From NCBI RefSeq assembly GCF_030684315.1, contig NC_081396.1:4030001-4094000 (forward strand): a stretch of DNA of 64,000 nucleotides. The letters are read 5' to 3'. Position numbers and translations under genes: made by a program. The DNA comes from Stegostoma tigrinum. Taxonomy: Eukaryota. This document shows, in pieces, positions 12,118 to 26,557 of this stretch. Positions within the stretch are counted from its first letter, which is position 1. The number at the start of each line of letters is the position of its first letter. Under the pieces are notes generated by a model that was not told the origin of the DNA, ran no database searches, and saw only the letters and a program-made list of their open reading frames with translations.

Positions 12118-12240
12118 CTTCAAAAAGAAAATAAAATGTTACCAGTTTTACAGATGAAATGATTCCTGAATCTTTTACATTTCAGAGGTAGCCCAACGCT
12201 GAAAAGATAACAAACAGAAACTTGGAGAAAAAGAACTTAC

Positions 12241-12289
12241 TGGAGAAGAAAGTAAGAAACAAACTGAGAAAAATCATTGACGGAGTCAT
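12241..12289 (-). CDS. IGHV: IgH leader (signal peptide) exon, MTPSMIFLSLFLTFFS
   Basis: ATG at 12289-12287; 49-nt hydrophobic exon ending in a phase-1 donor GTAAGT at 12240; 123-nt intron to the V exon. Confidence 0.93.
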
Positions 12290-12378
12290 TCTGAAAACTT
12301 CGGAGAAAAGCCTCTTTCAAGATCTTTCTAAAAAAACCCCAGATAAAGGAGTGTTCAATTACGATCCATTGACTAGAG

Positions 12379-12384
12379 TTTATA
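12379..12384 (-). promoter_or_regulatory. Probable VH promoter TATA box
   Basis: TATAAA on the minus strand about 90 nt upstream of the leader ATG; no ATGCAAAT octamer seen within about 300 bp upstream. Confidence 0.55.
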
Positions 12385-13804
12385 TGCCCATCAGAGGGGG
12401 CAGGTTTACAGGTTCCGCCTGTTGGCTTCCCGCTGGAGGCTGTGATTCGTTCATCTTACCACCTCCACAGCCCTCACAGATGGGCTATTGTATTTACACG
12501 AGGTGATTACTAAATATGGACATTTTTCAGTCCTTATGTATTTGTTATGCTATAAATCATGATTGGACATATTCCCATTTTTTTAGCGATGAAAGTTTTG
12601 TTAAATTGTTTCAGGTCTGGATCAGATTACAGTTTTTATCATTTTATTTACGACAGTAAAAATTTCAATTGAAAATTAAATTCCTTTATTTCTTGAAATT
12701 CATTAACAAGCAGATAAATCTTTTAAAAAAAAATACAATAAAATTTCTGATACTTTTTGTGGACACTCCATGTCTCTGTCACAAAACAAAATAGCAAATC
12801 ATTCATAACAGGCGTTTCTAAATTCAAGTTTCGAAACGTAATATGGACAATGTACAAAATGACCATGTTTAAAATATCTTGTACGTGACGAAATAGTTTG
12901 AACTCAGAGATGAGAAAAAAATATGCTTTTCTTGAAGAATAAAATTCTTGTAATCTTCTTCAAATTAGTCCGGCCAAAGATGATCATTTCAACATGCCCA
13001 GCGAAGGAAAACTACAAGACTGATAAATAAAACGCCAGTTTACAGTCAAACATAACAATCATAGCAAACTATTTTGAAATGGGGGAAGATGGTTCTGAAT
13101 TTCATTAGGAATTAGTGAGGTTTGTGGAATGGGCCTAGGATCGATACATGAAATTTAGCACAGAGGCTTTTGACATGATTAAGTTCGGGCAGAAGTGTGT
13201 GGAGATATAACAAAGAAGAATGTGCAGAGCATGTAATATCACGTAAAAGCAGGAAAGGTATTTGAAATCTGTACAATACACAGTTTTGGCCTCACTTGAA
13301 GTGTATCTTAGGTTTTGGGCAGCAGCTCAAGGCCTGATATAAAGCATGCCTTCAAGATCCATGAAAGTGCATCCAGTCAAAAGTGCTTTCTTTAAATGGC
13401 CTGTTATAGAAGTTGGGCAGTTTTGTTTGCTGGAGAATTGTATGACAGGTGAGTGAAAGATATGTTCAAAATAACAAGCGGATTGTAAGGGCAAATAAGT
13501 GGACCATTCGAGGCATGAAGAAGCCAAACTTCATAACACAGTACATAGCTAGGTTCTGGAAAGCACTTATTGACAATATAGTGCTGGCAGCAGGAACTGC
13601 ATTTTTCAAGAAGGCATTCAATTATTGTCTAAAATTTAAAAAAAACTTTTCAGAGGAGTAAAGCAGACAATATAGGCCGAGTGGCTCATAATGTGTTCCA
13701 ATCACTCAGTAATTCTATTCAACCAGCACAAATGCCACAAGACAGAACTGCCGTGGATGATTTCACAGCAGGTTGACAGCAACTATGCATTCCACTAAAT
13801 CTTA

Positions 13805-15415
13805 TGACAATAGACAATAGGTGTTGGAGTATGCCATTCGGCCCTTCGAGCCAGCACCACCATTCGTTATGACCATGGCTGATCGCCCACAATCGATACC
13901 CTGTTCCTGCCTTATCCCCATGACCCTTGATTCCACTATCTTTAAGAGCTCCATCCATCTCTTTTTTTGAAAATATCCAGAGATTTGGCCTCCACTGCCT
14001 TCTGGTTTAGAGCATTCCATATATCCACCACTCTCTGGGTGAAGAGGTTTTTCCCAAACTCTGTTCTAAATGGTCTACCCCTTATTTTTAAACGGTGTCC
14101 TCTAGTTCTGGACTCACCCATGCCTCCAGAGTGTCCAATCCCTTAATAATCTTATATGTCTCAATCAGACCCCTTCTCCACCTTCCAAACTTAAGTGTCT
14201 ACAAGCCCAGTCTCTCCAATCATTCAACATATGATAGTCCGGCCATTCCAGGAATTGACCTTGTAAACCTGCCCTGCACTCCCTCAATAGCAAAAATGTC
14301 CTTCCTCAAATTTAGAGACCAAAACTTCACACAATATTCCAGGTCCGGTCTCACCAGGGCCCAGTAAAGCTGGAGAAGGACATCTTTGCTCCTATACTCA
14401 ATTCGTCTTTTTATAAAGGCCAGCATGCTATTAGCTTCCTTTACTGCCTGTTGTACCTGCATGCTTGCTTTCATTGACTGATGTATAAGAACACTTAGAT
14501 CTCGTTGAACATCCCCTTTACCTAACTTTACTGTATTGAGATAGTAATCTGCCTTCCTGTTCTTGCCAAAGTGGATAACCACACATTTATCCATATTAAA
14601 CAACATCTGCCATGCATCCGTCCTGTCACCCAGCCTCTCCAAGTGTCCCTGTATTCTCATAACATTCCCCTCACATTTCACACTGCCACCCAGCTTTGTG
14701 TCATCAGCAAATTTGCTAATATTACTTTTAATGCCTTCATCTATGTCATTAATGTACATTGTAAACAGCTGTGGTACCAGCACCGAACCTTGTGGCACCC
14801 CACTGGTCACGGTATGCCATTTCAAAGGGGACCCGTTTATCACTACTCTTTGCTTCCTGTGAACCAGCTAATTTTCAATCCAAGTCAGTATTTTGCCCCC
14901 AATACGATGTGCCCTAATTTTGCTCACCAATCTCATATCCGGGACTTTGCCAAAGGCTTTCTGAAAGTCCAGGTAGATTATATCCACTGATTCTCCCTTG
15001 CCATCGTCATAGATACATCCTCAAAGAAATTCCAGAAGATTAGTAAAGTACAATTTCCCATTCGTAAATTCATGCTGACTCTGACCCATCCTGTTACTGC
15101 TATCCAAATGAGCCGTAATTTCATCTTTTATAATTGACTCCAGCACCCTTCCCACCACTGACACCAGACTAACCGGTGTATAATTTGCTGTTTTCTCTCT
15201 CCCTCCTTTTTTGAAAAATGGGACAACGTTAGCCACCCTCCAGTCCACAGGAACTCATGCTGAATCTATAGAATATTGGAAAATGATAGCCAATGCATCC
15301 ACGATTTCGAGGGCCACCTTCTTAAGTACTCTGCAATACAGACCATCAGGTCCCAGGGCATTATCAGCCTTCAGATCTAACAGTCCATCTAACACCATTT
15401 CCTGCCTAATATAAA
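13805..15415 (-). mobile_element. Young 5'-truncated CR1 LINE (reverse transcriptase)
   Basis: ORF 14220-14843 contains SGVPQGSVL..FADDTKLGG..LEYCVKFWS; ORF 15021-15248 contains WRVANVVPFFKKG; short CTATTGT-repeat tail at about 13805-13820. Confidence 0.92.
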
Positions 15416-16879
15416 TTCAATGAAGTTTAATGAAATTTAAACGAAGCAGTGTTGCTGTTTTTTTTTTTCTCTTTTGCCTCAAACTTCTTGCCTGTTAAAA
15501 CCTGACAAGGACTAAGGTTCCACTAAGCATAATAAACATTTGCTGTCACATTTGAGTGGAAGTTTTGCTTTTCCTGTCACCAGTACAGTGATAGATTCTG
15601 ACAAAATAAGATTGGACACACGGAACAGGGAAGTTGTTTTTTAGAACAAACACAATGCTGGCTGAAGAAATATCCGATTCAATCTCAATGCATGATTTAG
15701 CATATCACAGAATACAGTGTAATGGTGGTAAAGTCAGTGTTTAGTGCAATCAAGTTATGATTCTGTTTGATAAAGTTATGTATGAGAGTCAGACCCATTG
15801 ATATCATCCTTCAGAGTGCCGAATAATAGAGTCAAATGCAGTTTCAACATTAATGTAATTGGATTATTTTAGTCCTGGAAAATATAAAAAAAAGAGAAAA
15901 CGTTGCGTTTATACCTGCAGGTCAGGCGGCATCTCTGAAGGAAACAAAACACCAACATCAAAATTGGCGTCACTTTATTTGAACAATGAATACTTCTGTT
16001 TCTGACATTTCATTTTTCCAGAAGGTGTGTTTGGAAGCCTTTTTAGAAGGACATTAAAAACTGGAAACAGATTTGAAATATTCAAGAAGTTGGATGCACA
16101 ATTCTGCATGAGGCTTTCTATTAAGTTCAGAGTTGATTGTCCATTGTGGATAAACGTTCGCGGAGGTATGGCATAGCAGTTAATCGTGATTTGATTTATC
16201 TTGCATTTCTTTCAGTTATAATAGATGAAGTGAATGAAAAAACATGTCTTCACTTTACAGCATGTTCACACTACAAGGAGATGTTTTCCTGTGGAGACCA
16301 GAAGATTTCAAATGCCAGCCTGTTACTTAAGGAAACAATCTTTCTCTACTCAGAGTTGTGCACGGACTCTGTACTTCCCGACCAAGTGTGTAAATTTACC
16401 TAAAATTAAAATAATTTTCACTCATATTACATCTAGTCAGCAGTGAACCTAAAACACATCTGAATTTAAAATGAAACCAAAGGGCAAGAAGGTTATGTCA
16501 CTTTAGGTCTTAGCACAGTGTTATAGTAGGGAGCACACGTCAAATAAAACTGCCGAAGTTGAGTGAAAGCTTTATTACCATTGTGATTAGAACTGACAAC
16601 GTTTCAGTCAGAATTGCTTTTTGTTTCCCAACTGGAGGATAGGCAAGAAAAAAACAATGTTGGCATCCTGCCCTGGCAGATGATGGAAATTAAATTCAAC
16701 TTAAAACAACCCGGAATAAAGAGGCGACTGATACCTATGAAATCTTTGCTGATTGTCAGAAAAACAAACAAACAAAAAAAAACTGATTCACTCATGTCCT
16801 TCAGGGAAGGAAGTCTGTAATCCGACTCTGGACCATTCTCAATGGTTTAGCTTCCATGTGAAAACATGCTGGCAATACA

Positions 16880-18450
16880 AATGAAAGCTTGCACTCCAAA
16901 ATTTGCTGCTCTCCGAGCCAAGTTGTTACAGTGTAGTTACAGAACTGTAATTTACCCAACAATGAGGAAAATGGCCAATGTCGAGCTCATACAGAAAGGG
17001 CCAAATCCAGTCTGAACTATTAATGCTCAATCAGTCTGAAGTCGATTATCAGTACAAGGTTGTAAGGTGACATCAAAAACATATCGAACAGAACTTGCTC
17101 AGCAATAAATTGCTAGGTGATGCCCAATTTGGGTTCCAACTGGCCACTCAGCTCCGATTTCATTGCAGCCTTGATCTAAACATGGACAAAATAACTGATG
17201 AAGGGTCTCGGCCCGAAACGTCAGCTTTTGTGCTCCTGAGGTGTTGCTTGGCCTGCTTTGTTCATCCAGCTTCACACTTTGTTATCTTGAATTTCAAAAG
17301 TGATATGGTAACGATCGCCCTTATCGTTAAGCCTGCATTTGAATGAATGTGGCATCGAAGAGGCTGCTGAAAACTGGAATCAATGCGTATAAGTCGGCTC
17401 AATTTCTGGTGTTTGGTTTCTCACCTGATATACAGGAAGATAGTCGTAGTTTTTGGAGGTCAGTCATCTCAACTCCATTACATCTCTGCAGGAATTCCTC
17501 CAGGATAGTATCCTAAGCCCAAACATCTACAGCTGTTTCAACAATGACCTTCATTGCATCATGAGGTCAGAAGTGGGGATGTTTAAAGATTAATGTACAA
17601 TGTTGAGCACCACTGACGACTCTTCAGACACTGAAGCAGACCATGTTCAAATGCAAGAAGATGTGGATAATACCCAGGTGTGTGCTGACAAGTGGCAGGG
17701 ACCATTTGCAGCACACAAACACCAAGTTATAACTATTATGTATAAGACACAATCTCGCCATCGTCCCCTGGCATTGAACGGTGTTATCATCATAACAACC
17801 TTCACTGTCAAAGATCGGGACTTATTATTGGCAAGAAATTCCAACTGAACTTACCAAAGAAACAAATGGCTACAAAAGCAAGTGAGAAGCTGGGAAGCTG
17901 GCGAGTACCTCACTTCCTTATTTTTCAAAACCTGCCCAAAATCTCCAAGGCATAAGCGAGATTTCTAATGGATGACTCCCTATTTGTGTGAATGCATGCA
18001 GACTCAAAAACACTCAAGAAACTCGAAACCATCCAGCACAAAGCCACCCACTTCATTGGCATTACATTCACAAACATACACTCCTTCCACCGCTGATGCT
18101 CATTAACAGTTGCATGTACAATGTACAAGGTGAACTGCAGAAATTCACCAAAGATCCTCAGACATCATGTCCCAAATACTCGACCAATTCTATCAAGAGC
18201 GACAAGGGCAGCTGACATGTAGGAATGCCATCATCATCAAGGTCCTCTCCAAACCACTCACATTTCTGATTTGGAAAGATTTGACTCTTCCTTTGCTGCC
18301 ATTCGGTCAAATTCCAGAAATGACCCCGTCAGTGGCATTTTGGACTACAGTGGTTGAAAAATGAAGCCCAGTATCACCTTTGAGGATGGGCAGTAATCCT
18401 GTATGGACAAGAGACCCCCGTTTCCAGAAGATGAATTTTAAAATAATCAA
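16880..18450 (+). mobile_element. Decayed L2/CR1-clade LINE, interrupted by a Penelope terminal fragment at about 17190-17290
   Basis: RT remnants (GIPPG.., MQEDVDNTQVCADKWQ); homologous to 27.2-28.6 kb. Confidence 0.7.
17195..17225 (+). ncRNA. Minimal hammerhead ribozyme core (Penelope-associated)
   Basis: CTGATGA-a-GGGT-ctcg-GCCC-GAAAC-GTC; intact core with GUC cleavage triplet; stem I not obviously retained. Confidence 0.65.
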
Positions 18451-18779
18451 CACATGACACAGGAAGCAGAAACAATCTGTTCATTCTCGTTCTTAGCAAC
18501 AGCTTGCTATTTTTCCTAACAATCAAAGGCCACAGCACGTCGGTCGGAAAAAAAAATCACATTTAATTATCATACTCGAGCAAATTATAAATAAAATGAT
18601 GAAACACGCGACGCTGACAGAAGCTAACGTTTGTATAACAATTTTAATAGCATTTGAAATTTTGTTCAAAGTAGGAATTGTTAAGTTGTCATGGTATCTG
18701 AAATAATTCAGACAATAATCAATCGTTACAACAATCTCTTTCAAGGACAGAGGATTTCCAAATTATGAAATCAGAATAC

Positions 18780-19090
18780 AGTAAATTCCTTAGATAGTGG
18801 AATCAGGCGATTTGTCCAACCGAGTCCACAGTGGCTCTGCAAAGGGTATCACACCCTCACCCTTCCCATAGCGAACGCAGATAAATTACACATTCCCGGT
18901 CACTATGGGTAATGCAGAATGGCTGAGGAAACTCACTTCCATATCTTTGGGCTTGGAAATGAAACTGGAGCCGGTGGCAGAAATAACGAAAACGTGTAGA
19001 CTCCACACTGTCAGTTGCCTGCAGATGGATTTGAATGTGCGGCTTTGGCACGACTGGCAGTGCTAATCACTGAGCCACTGTTCCCTCACC
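18780..19090 (-). mobile_element. Decayed HE1-like tRNA-derived SINE
   Basis: Reverse-complement head gtggctcagtgattagcactgcc matches the copy at 54 kb. Confidence 0.6.
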
Positions 19091-20299
19091 GGTAGCTTTT
19101 GTTTGAACCTGATGATGGTCAGGGTTGCTGCAGAGAAAGGGTTCCCTTTATATATAAGATCTGTTCTCCGACACAACAAAACAACAGTGTAAAATAGCGC
19201 AATTTTTGTCCTTGTCTAGTTTAGTAAAATATCAGAATTAGATCAAACAGAATGTATCAAGCTGGGGACATGAGGGTTAGAATCTCAAGCTGATCAAAAG
19301 TATATTAAATTCGTCAGAAAGAGAGCAACAAAAAATACAAAGATCAAAACGTCAAAGGTGCAAGCTATGTATTCCAGAATGTAGAGAACCAAATGAGTTT
19401 AGTACATTGTCCAGAGACTCGTTCAACAATGTCCTGCAATCCACTTTCAACAGACCACAACAATGGACTTGTACAAGTCACTTCAATGTGATCGATGACT
19501 GCCCACGTACACTCTGCCAAATATAGGCCGCCATGGCAGATGCTTCCTCCAGATTGTACTCTAGATTTATTTTCTGATCAAAAGTGACATGTGTGGCTTG
19601 CCACCGACACAAAGAAACAGGAAGTTGTGTGTCAGATGAGAATTATACAACAGCAGCCATTTTCATGTTATCAAAGCAAACAGACTTCCTGCTTGTGAGT
19701 GTGAAAGCACACCGTCAGCCTCAGGAAAAAACTTGCAGATTGCTGTTGGTCTTAACGTTGTGTTCAATTCCATTCCGTTTTTAAGAATAAAACATATAAC
19801 ACATAACAGTAGTTAAACTGCCTATGTTAACGAAAGAGAGAGAGAGAGAGAATTAAAGCTGAGTATTATCACTGAAAAAAGTGCTAAAAGCTAATAAGTA
19901 GCTTCGCTGTCAACTTGGTCATTAAAAACATAAAACTTTATGGACGTTTCGCGCTATCACAGGCAAAAAGAAAGCAGAGTTTGCATCAGTGAACAGGTCT
20001 TTCTGCCGTTGAAATTTTCTCTGGTAATATTTTGACGTTCACTTCTTTTCATTCAGACAAGATTTCACGAAGAAATAAGATATTTTTGCTTATGTGTTGT
20101 CAGGCATAGACCGTGTCTGTTTGAATTAGAAAATTAGATGCATTTCTGAGTGAAGAGGGGAAGGTTTCCTGGATCTGATTGCCATGCCACAAAATTGCAT
20201 TAAGTTGCTATCTCCGCATTTACTTGCTACCTCAGCATTTACTTGCTACCTCAGGTAGTGGCGAAAAGTTCACGAATTTTCCATTTGTTCTGAGCTGAA

Positions 20300-23200
20300 A
20301 GAATGCACTTAAGCCGAGTATTATCAAATTAAATAAGGATAACTGATTACATGAAAGCAATTACAATGAGAACGAATTACAGTGAGTCTGTCAATCATTT
20401 AAGGGAAAAATGAACAACAAGGTAATAACATAAATTTAAGGAGATATTTCAGAATATAGGGCACAGGTAATTTCTGTAAAGTGACAAAAAACAAGAGAAA
20501 GTGTCACAAGTAATGATTAGAAATAAAGCAACAACACCTAACTCAAAGGAAGTCTACAGAATTGCAGCGGTGACAGTTCAGATGATTGGACAGAATATAG
20601 AAATGTTGAAGATTAAAAGTTAAACGTTGAAGAACATATCAGAGGAAAAATAAAACTTATCTTAGAAGATTAAACAGATAGACGTCATATTCATTACTTG
20701 AAAGTTGTAGTTAGTGAAACTGGTAACAATGAGAAGATGGACAATTAATTGAAGATACGTTACTCCAACCCTAGTTCGATGATGAGATATTAATAGAAGT
20801 GATTCGAAATCTATTTCATGCATTAGTTTTTATTTTCCAGAAATTCTGAGAATCAGGAAATGTTCCAGCAGATTGTACAGTTGTGAAATGAAGTGATGTA
20901 TTAAAAGGGGACGATACAGAGAGCAAAAAATTGGTTGGCAGTTAACTTATTGTCTGGCATAAAGAAGATGCTGGCACCTATTATTAACAAACTGCTACCA
21001 GAGAACTTCGAAACTATCAGGTGGAATCCATATTACTTTGGAATGGGATAATCATGCCATCTGTTCATTGTAGAATTTTGCCAAATAATCATACACAGTT
21101 GATAAAGCAACGGAAGCACTTAGATAACCAGAAATCAGAGAAAGCCAGACAAAGACAGACGAGGAGATGATTATTCAGATTACCGAACTTTCTTTTTGTG
21201 TAATTCAATACGATCATCGCTGATCAAACTCTGTATACTTTTGTGGTACTTCCTCTCTGTTAAGAATGTCTTTACTGAGATAAGGTAACCATGACTGCAA
21301 ACCATGCAGCTGCTACAATATAAGCAATCACCGATAGATTTTTTTTAAAGAACGCCTCTCCATGCCTGTTTTCAATACGTCTTCTAAACACGGCTAATGT
21401 TCCATTAATATTCCGAAAGTGCAATGAGTAAAGTGTCTCATCAAAGTTTGTTGCAGAACGTAAAATGTCAGAGTGAAGTGGTGCTACATTGGAACAGATC
21501 GACTTAGCTAGTCTAAAGAACAAACAGAACTTGGTGCTTTTCTGATTGCCAAGATTTAAATGAGCCATCTGGCAAGTGATCAGTCATGCGGCCTCGAGGC
21601 TGTACAGTTTTAAATGACTTGACTGAAGTGTCAGAAAGAGTGATTGATATCATACTGAAAACGCATTCATAATTGCGATTCTTCACTATGAATAGGACAT
21701 GAGGACGTTACAACGAGATAGATAACGGTGAAGTGAATGGTAGTTGTACCAATTAGAGAATCATGTCTAAATTCTTAATATGTCCATTATTTCAGGAATT
21801 GTAAAGTGGAAACAGTGATGCAGAGGCAGCAGAATTTCCTTGCACATGAATCGTACAAGGTGAAAATACAGGAATTGCAATTCCCAAGGAAAACTAACGG
21901 ACTGTTACAGTTTAGTAAGAATGGCGTTGAAAAAAAAGTACAAAGATGTACACAGTAATTTGAATGAGGTTGCATCAGCAGTCTTTGTAGGTGGATGATC
22001 CTTGTGGACGGAGGGATAGAATTACGATAGGAGAAGTTCAGCACTGATTGATGAGACTATTAATGGGCAACGTTTGGGCAGAATAGGCTGAGACAAACTT
22101 GAATTTGAACTAGGTGTTTCATTCAAACCTACAAGAACATAAAACACCCGGACATGGTAAAAGGGGAGAACACTTGTCCTCGTTTGCAATTACTGGTCAC
22201 AGACGAAAAATCAGGATTTGCCCAATGAACTGAAGTGTCAAGTAGGAATAGATATTAGCTTTCTTGTTCAAAAATCTTTGAAGCAGAGCATGTTAATACC
22301 TCTTTGTAAGGCAGTAGCAGATCCATTCTTGCGAAACAAGGTAATAAACAATTTTTAGATGTAGGCAGAGTTGCAAACTAAATATCTGAACAGGATCACA
22401 TAGTTGGGGCTTCTTGCATTTATGTTGATTTGTTTGCATTAATACGCAGTTGTACATCTAGCACTCTCGTTGTCTACCTTTGCTTAAGCATTTTGTTTTG
22501 AAGTTAACTGTATTAATGTCTATTCCATTAAGAAGTGACAAAGAATCTGGAAAGTAACTTGTGATTTCAGGTCAAATACAGATAGGCTAACTCATGAGTC
22601 AGCCAGAGGTAATACAGCAAATACTTACATGAAGCCACATTCAATACTCAGAGTGTTTTTCTGTCACAAAGCAGCAAATCAATAACTCCCACTTCTCCAG
22701 TTAACAGTGGAATAGCCTCTGTATTTGAAATTCAACGACATTCAATAAATATTTTCTTCTGATGTAGATATCACTGGCATAGATAGATTTTGTGTCCTAT
22801 CTCGAAGTCTTGATGAGTTGTGTGGCCAGATGTTTCATACCAGAACGTAGTTGAGAGTAAATAACTTTACATGATATTGCTGGCAGTTTTCCTTGAACCA
22901 CCAAACAGTAATGGAGAGATTGAATGGGAATATGTGGCACATTTCAGGAAGTGTACAAACTATCGTGCAATATTAATAACGGAAGTCAACTTCCAAAATA
23001 TTAATTGAGATAGTTACGATTGTGAATTGCGCAGAGTGGTCTAAATTCTCAACATGTGTCGATGAGAGGTTTGTTCTTAAAATCTGAAATTCGGAATTGT
23101 CGCAAGGTCCTGCCATGCAGTCCGTCATTTTACATTAAGAAGCTGAGGAAGTATTTTGGCAGTCATTTGGAGAGAATTTTAGTGATAGTGAATGCAACTC

Positions 23201-25080
23201 TGAAGGATATTATCTATCTATGGAAAGTGACAATATTCGACGAGAAAAAAAAAGTTTTGAATTGGGTCAACGTCGATTTTATTCCAAAGAAATTCAATCT
23301 GGCCAATGTAGTCACGAGAGCAATTATCCACGGGGAAACTTCCACCAGAGCACTGTGGGATTGCGCAATGAGAAATACTGAATGTGTCGGCCAAACAAAA
23401 CTCCTTGACAGGGAAGACTGTAAGTAAGAATTCCAAAGGTTACTGTATGTGGTGGAATGTAAAAGAGCAGACAAAGGAAGAGCCCACCGAAGCTTAGCAT
23501 ATCAGAAGACTGAGAAGACTGTGGACACTGTTGGAAGTTGTTTCGAAATCAATTCTGAATTTAAAGAGGGGCAATGTTAAAACCAAAAGCAATTGATTAA
23601 TATGGTAATTATCAAAAGGCAGTTTAGGAATACACAGGGAGGAAAAATATAATGACAACCAGATTAGGACCACTGCAGAAATTAAGTGGAGAAATCTTGT
23701 GGTGCTGGATGACTTTGATAGCTTTTAATGTTGCGTTTTACATCTCTATGTACGACGATGAACGATATAGAGTTAAGAATTAGATAAGAAAGCTGCGGTA
23801 TTTTCGGAAATTTCTTTTGAATGGGAAGAAGCATTTGCGTTTTTAGTGGGCATACAATTGCATAAGGCACGAGTCCGAGTATCCAGGGCAAGGAGTTTGA
23901 TTCAAAGGACACATGTAGTAATATACAAATTGCCGATGTGCAATCGACAAATGCCAGAGCACGAATGCACATCTGGCATGATAATTCAATAAATATTCAA
24001 GATTTTTTTTTACTGGCGATTGAGTTAATTATCAGTACCAGGGGAAGAATTCGGAAAAGATATCTGAGGGACAAACTTCACTAAAAGTTGTAAACGTCAG
24101 ATTTTAATAAGGAAATTCAGCCTGGCTTTAATGGAAGTGATATTATACTTTACGTGGTTGATACCATCTTCTAAGGTGGCGACGAGATGTATGGTTGAAG
24201 GTGGAAAATAGATGTAATCTGCTTTGACATTAGCAAAGATTTTGACAAGAACTTGGATCCTAAATTATTTAAGAAATTATGCAAGAAAATGCAATTTGGG
24301 AAGTCGTTTCCAAAATTTACTTTGAGGCATTAGTCAGAAGGCAGAAGTTAGTGGCCAAAGGTAGTCTTTGAGAATAAACTCGGTGTTCAGTGGTGCATTG
24401 CAAGATTTTGGTGTTGCATCCTTTGCTGTTTGTAGTGTAAATGAATGATCGATTCATAGAAGTAGGAATGTTGATCATTAAGTTTAAAAACGAAGCGAGA
24501 AACGTGCAGCAATGCAACGAGCCAGGAGGAAATCCTGAGACTAAGGTATGTTACAGATGGCAGAACAATGCAAAATATAATATTATCCCAAAACTTATAA
24601 GTGAAAGCATCTTCCAGAACTATCAATTGAAGTAAATAAATGATGCATGGTTGTTCCCTGTAAAACACATATGATAAGTGGTCTCTTGTTGTACATATCC
24701 ATTTTGTCGTGAAGGGAATGATCCAGAGGTATTGTTGGTGGAGATATAGTTGTTAATTCAGCAAACTCAGCTAACGTTCGGGGCGGCTTTTTAGAATATC
24801 ATTAAATGGTGGAATTTCAACTTAAAAACATATTTGGAGCTAAGATTCTACTGAAGACCATGAAATCATTATTAATTGTCAGAAAAAAATCAATAATATA
24901 ATTCAGGGAAGGAAAATTTTCATTCACATTGCCTAGTTTACATGCGAATTCAGCCACAAAGCAAAGTTGTTGACTGTCAAATGGTTTACCATGCCACTCA
25001 GTTTTGCCCATTGTTGCAAAATTGCTACAATGGAATGAAAATAAATGTACAACCCGCCATTGGCGAAGGCAGTGGATGAG
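20300..25080 (+). mobile_element. Heavily decayed CR1 LINE fragments (several nested copies)
   Basis: Recognisable RT-region remnants with many stop codons and frameshifts. Confidence 0.5.
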
Positions 25081-26334
25081 ATATTGGCACAAACAGCCTT
25101 GTGGGTCAAACCTGCAAAGTCCCCTCTAAAAACATCTAATGACGAGTGCCAAAGTTAGGACGGCGTAACTCAGACTGGTCAAGTAACAGACTGATAATAC
25201 ATTTGCCGTTTAACTACCATAACGCAAACAGCACTACACCAGAATACCTCATGTTCCATCAGCAGGGCATGTCCACCACAGGTGGCAGCACAGTGAGATA
25301 CAAACGGAAGGGAATTACTGTATAGCCGTCAGCATTCTTTTTGGACCCTTGAATTCTCATGGCTTGAGATTAAACATGGGCAAGGAAAGTACCTTTTGTT
25401 TACTATGTTCTGTCTTCTTTCGGCTAATGAAGAAAAATTCCTCAATGTTGGACAACATCTGCGGAAAGCATTAAAGTTGGCGAGATGCAGAATATATTCC
25501 TGGAGGGGACACTGCAACACTACTGACTAAGTATCTTTAGCCTTGAAGGACATAGCTGTTTGGCTGGGTCTGCAGCAGCTGGTGAGGAACCAGACCAGAG
25601 GGGAAATATATGCTTGAATTCATCCTTCCCAATAATCCAGCTGCAGATGCACCTGTCCGTGACAATATCAATAAGGCCAATCACCAGTCATTGTAGAGAC
25701 AAAGTATGAACTTCACATTGCGAATACCCTCCGTTGTGCTGCTTGACACACTCAGAATGCTAAATAAATGGGATAGACAAAGCAACTCATCATGTCAAGT
25801 TCTTTTTCGGAGACCCTCACAGTATTGCTGCAATAACCAGACACTGACCTGTTTAGAAAAACACAAATCATTTTATTACAAAGCAAGTACAAGCTGTGGA
25901 GAATCACTGTACTCAACCCAGCACAGAGTCTCGCAAGTAATTCTCCCCGAGCAGCGGACAGTGCCCACATTTAACACTTTACAAAAGACATGATGCATAA
26001 AACGATTTCACAATTTACAATGGCATGATACATAAAGCAATTACTACAACAGACAAAAAACAGGATAACAAACAGTTATTACATCAACGACATAATAGAC
26101 CAGGATATAGTATTGATTGTTAGTGAACTAGTTGCTAATGGCAGGAAGCGATTTCGAGTTGTTATCCGGGACAGATTGTAATTTCAAATTGCTAGTGTGT
26201 CTGGCTAGAACAAAGTCAGTGCCCTGGCCCCTTTGTCAGCGACAGAAGTTACATGCTTTCGAGGTTTCACACCTTTACAAATTTTCCCAAACCAAACACT
26301 ATTTGAAACAGTTCGATCCTAATTTTAATTCAGT

Positions 26335-26557
26335 CAGGAAGCTCAAGACAGTGTCTGCATACCGATGTGTGAGAAGATAAGGATTTACAAAAAACTTTAT
26401 ACTGAATTCCTAGCTGGGCAGGAAGCTTCGGGGCAGTGCCTGCATACCTATGTGTGAGAAGATAAGGAGTTACAAAAGCTTTATACTGAATTCCTAGCTG
26501 GGCAGAAAGGTTCAGGGCAGTGCATGCGTACCTATGTGTAGGTAGATAAGAGTTTAC
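26335..26557. repeat. 84-bp tandem repeat, about 2.7 copies
   Basis: Units start at 26335, 26419 and 26503 (caggaagcttcggggcagtgcctgcatacctatgtgtgagaagataagg...gaattcctagctggg). Confidence 0.92.

Noticed and set aside
16514-16551. CACAGTG + 22 nt + AATAAAACT cryptic RSS on the plus strand
   Set aside because: No V, D or J coding sequence adjacent; it sits at the head of a decayed SINE where cacagtg is common.
26335-26557. CRISPR-like array
   Set aside because: Eukaryotic context; contiguous tandem units with no unique spacers.
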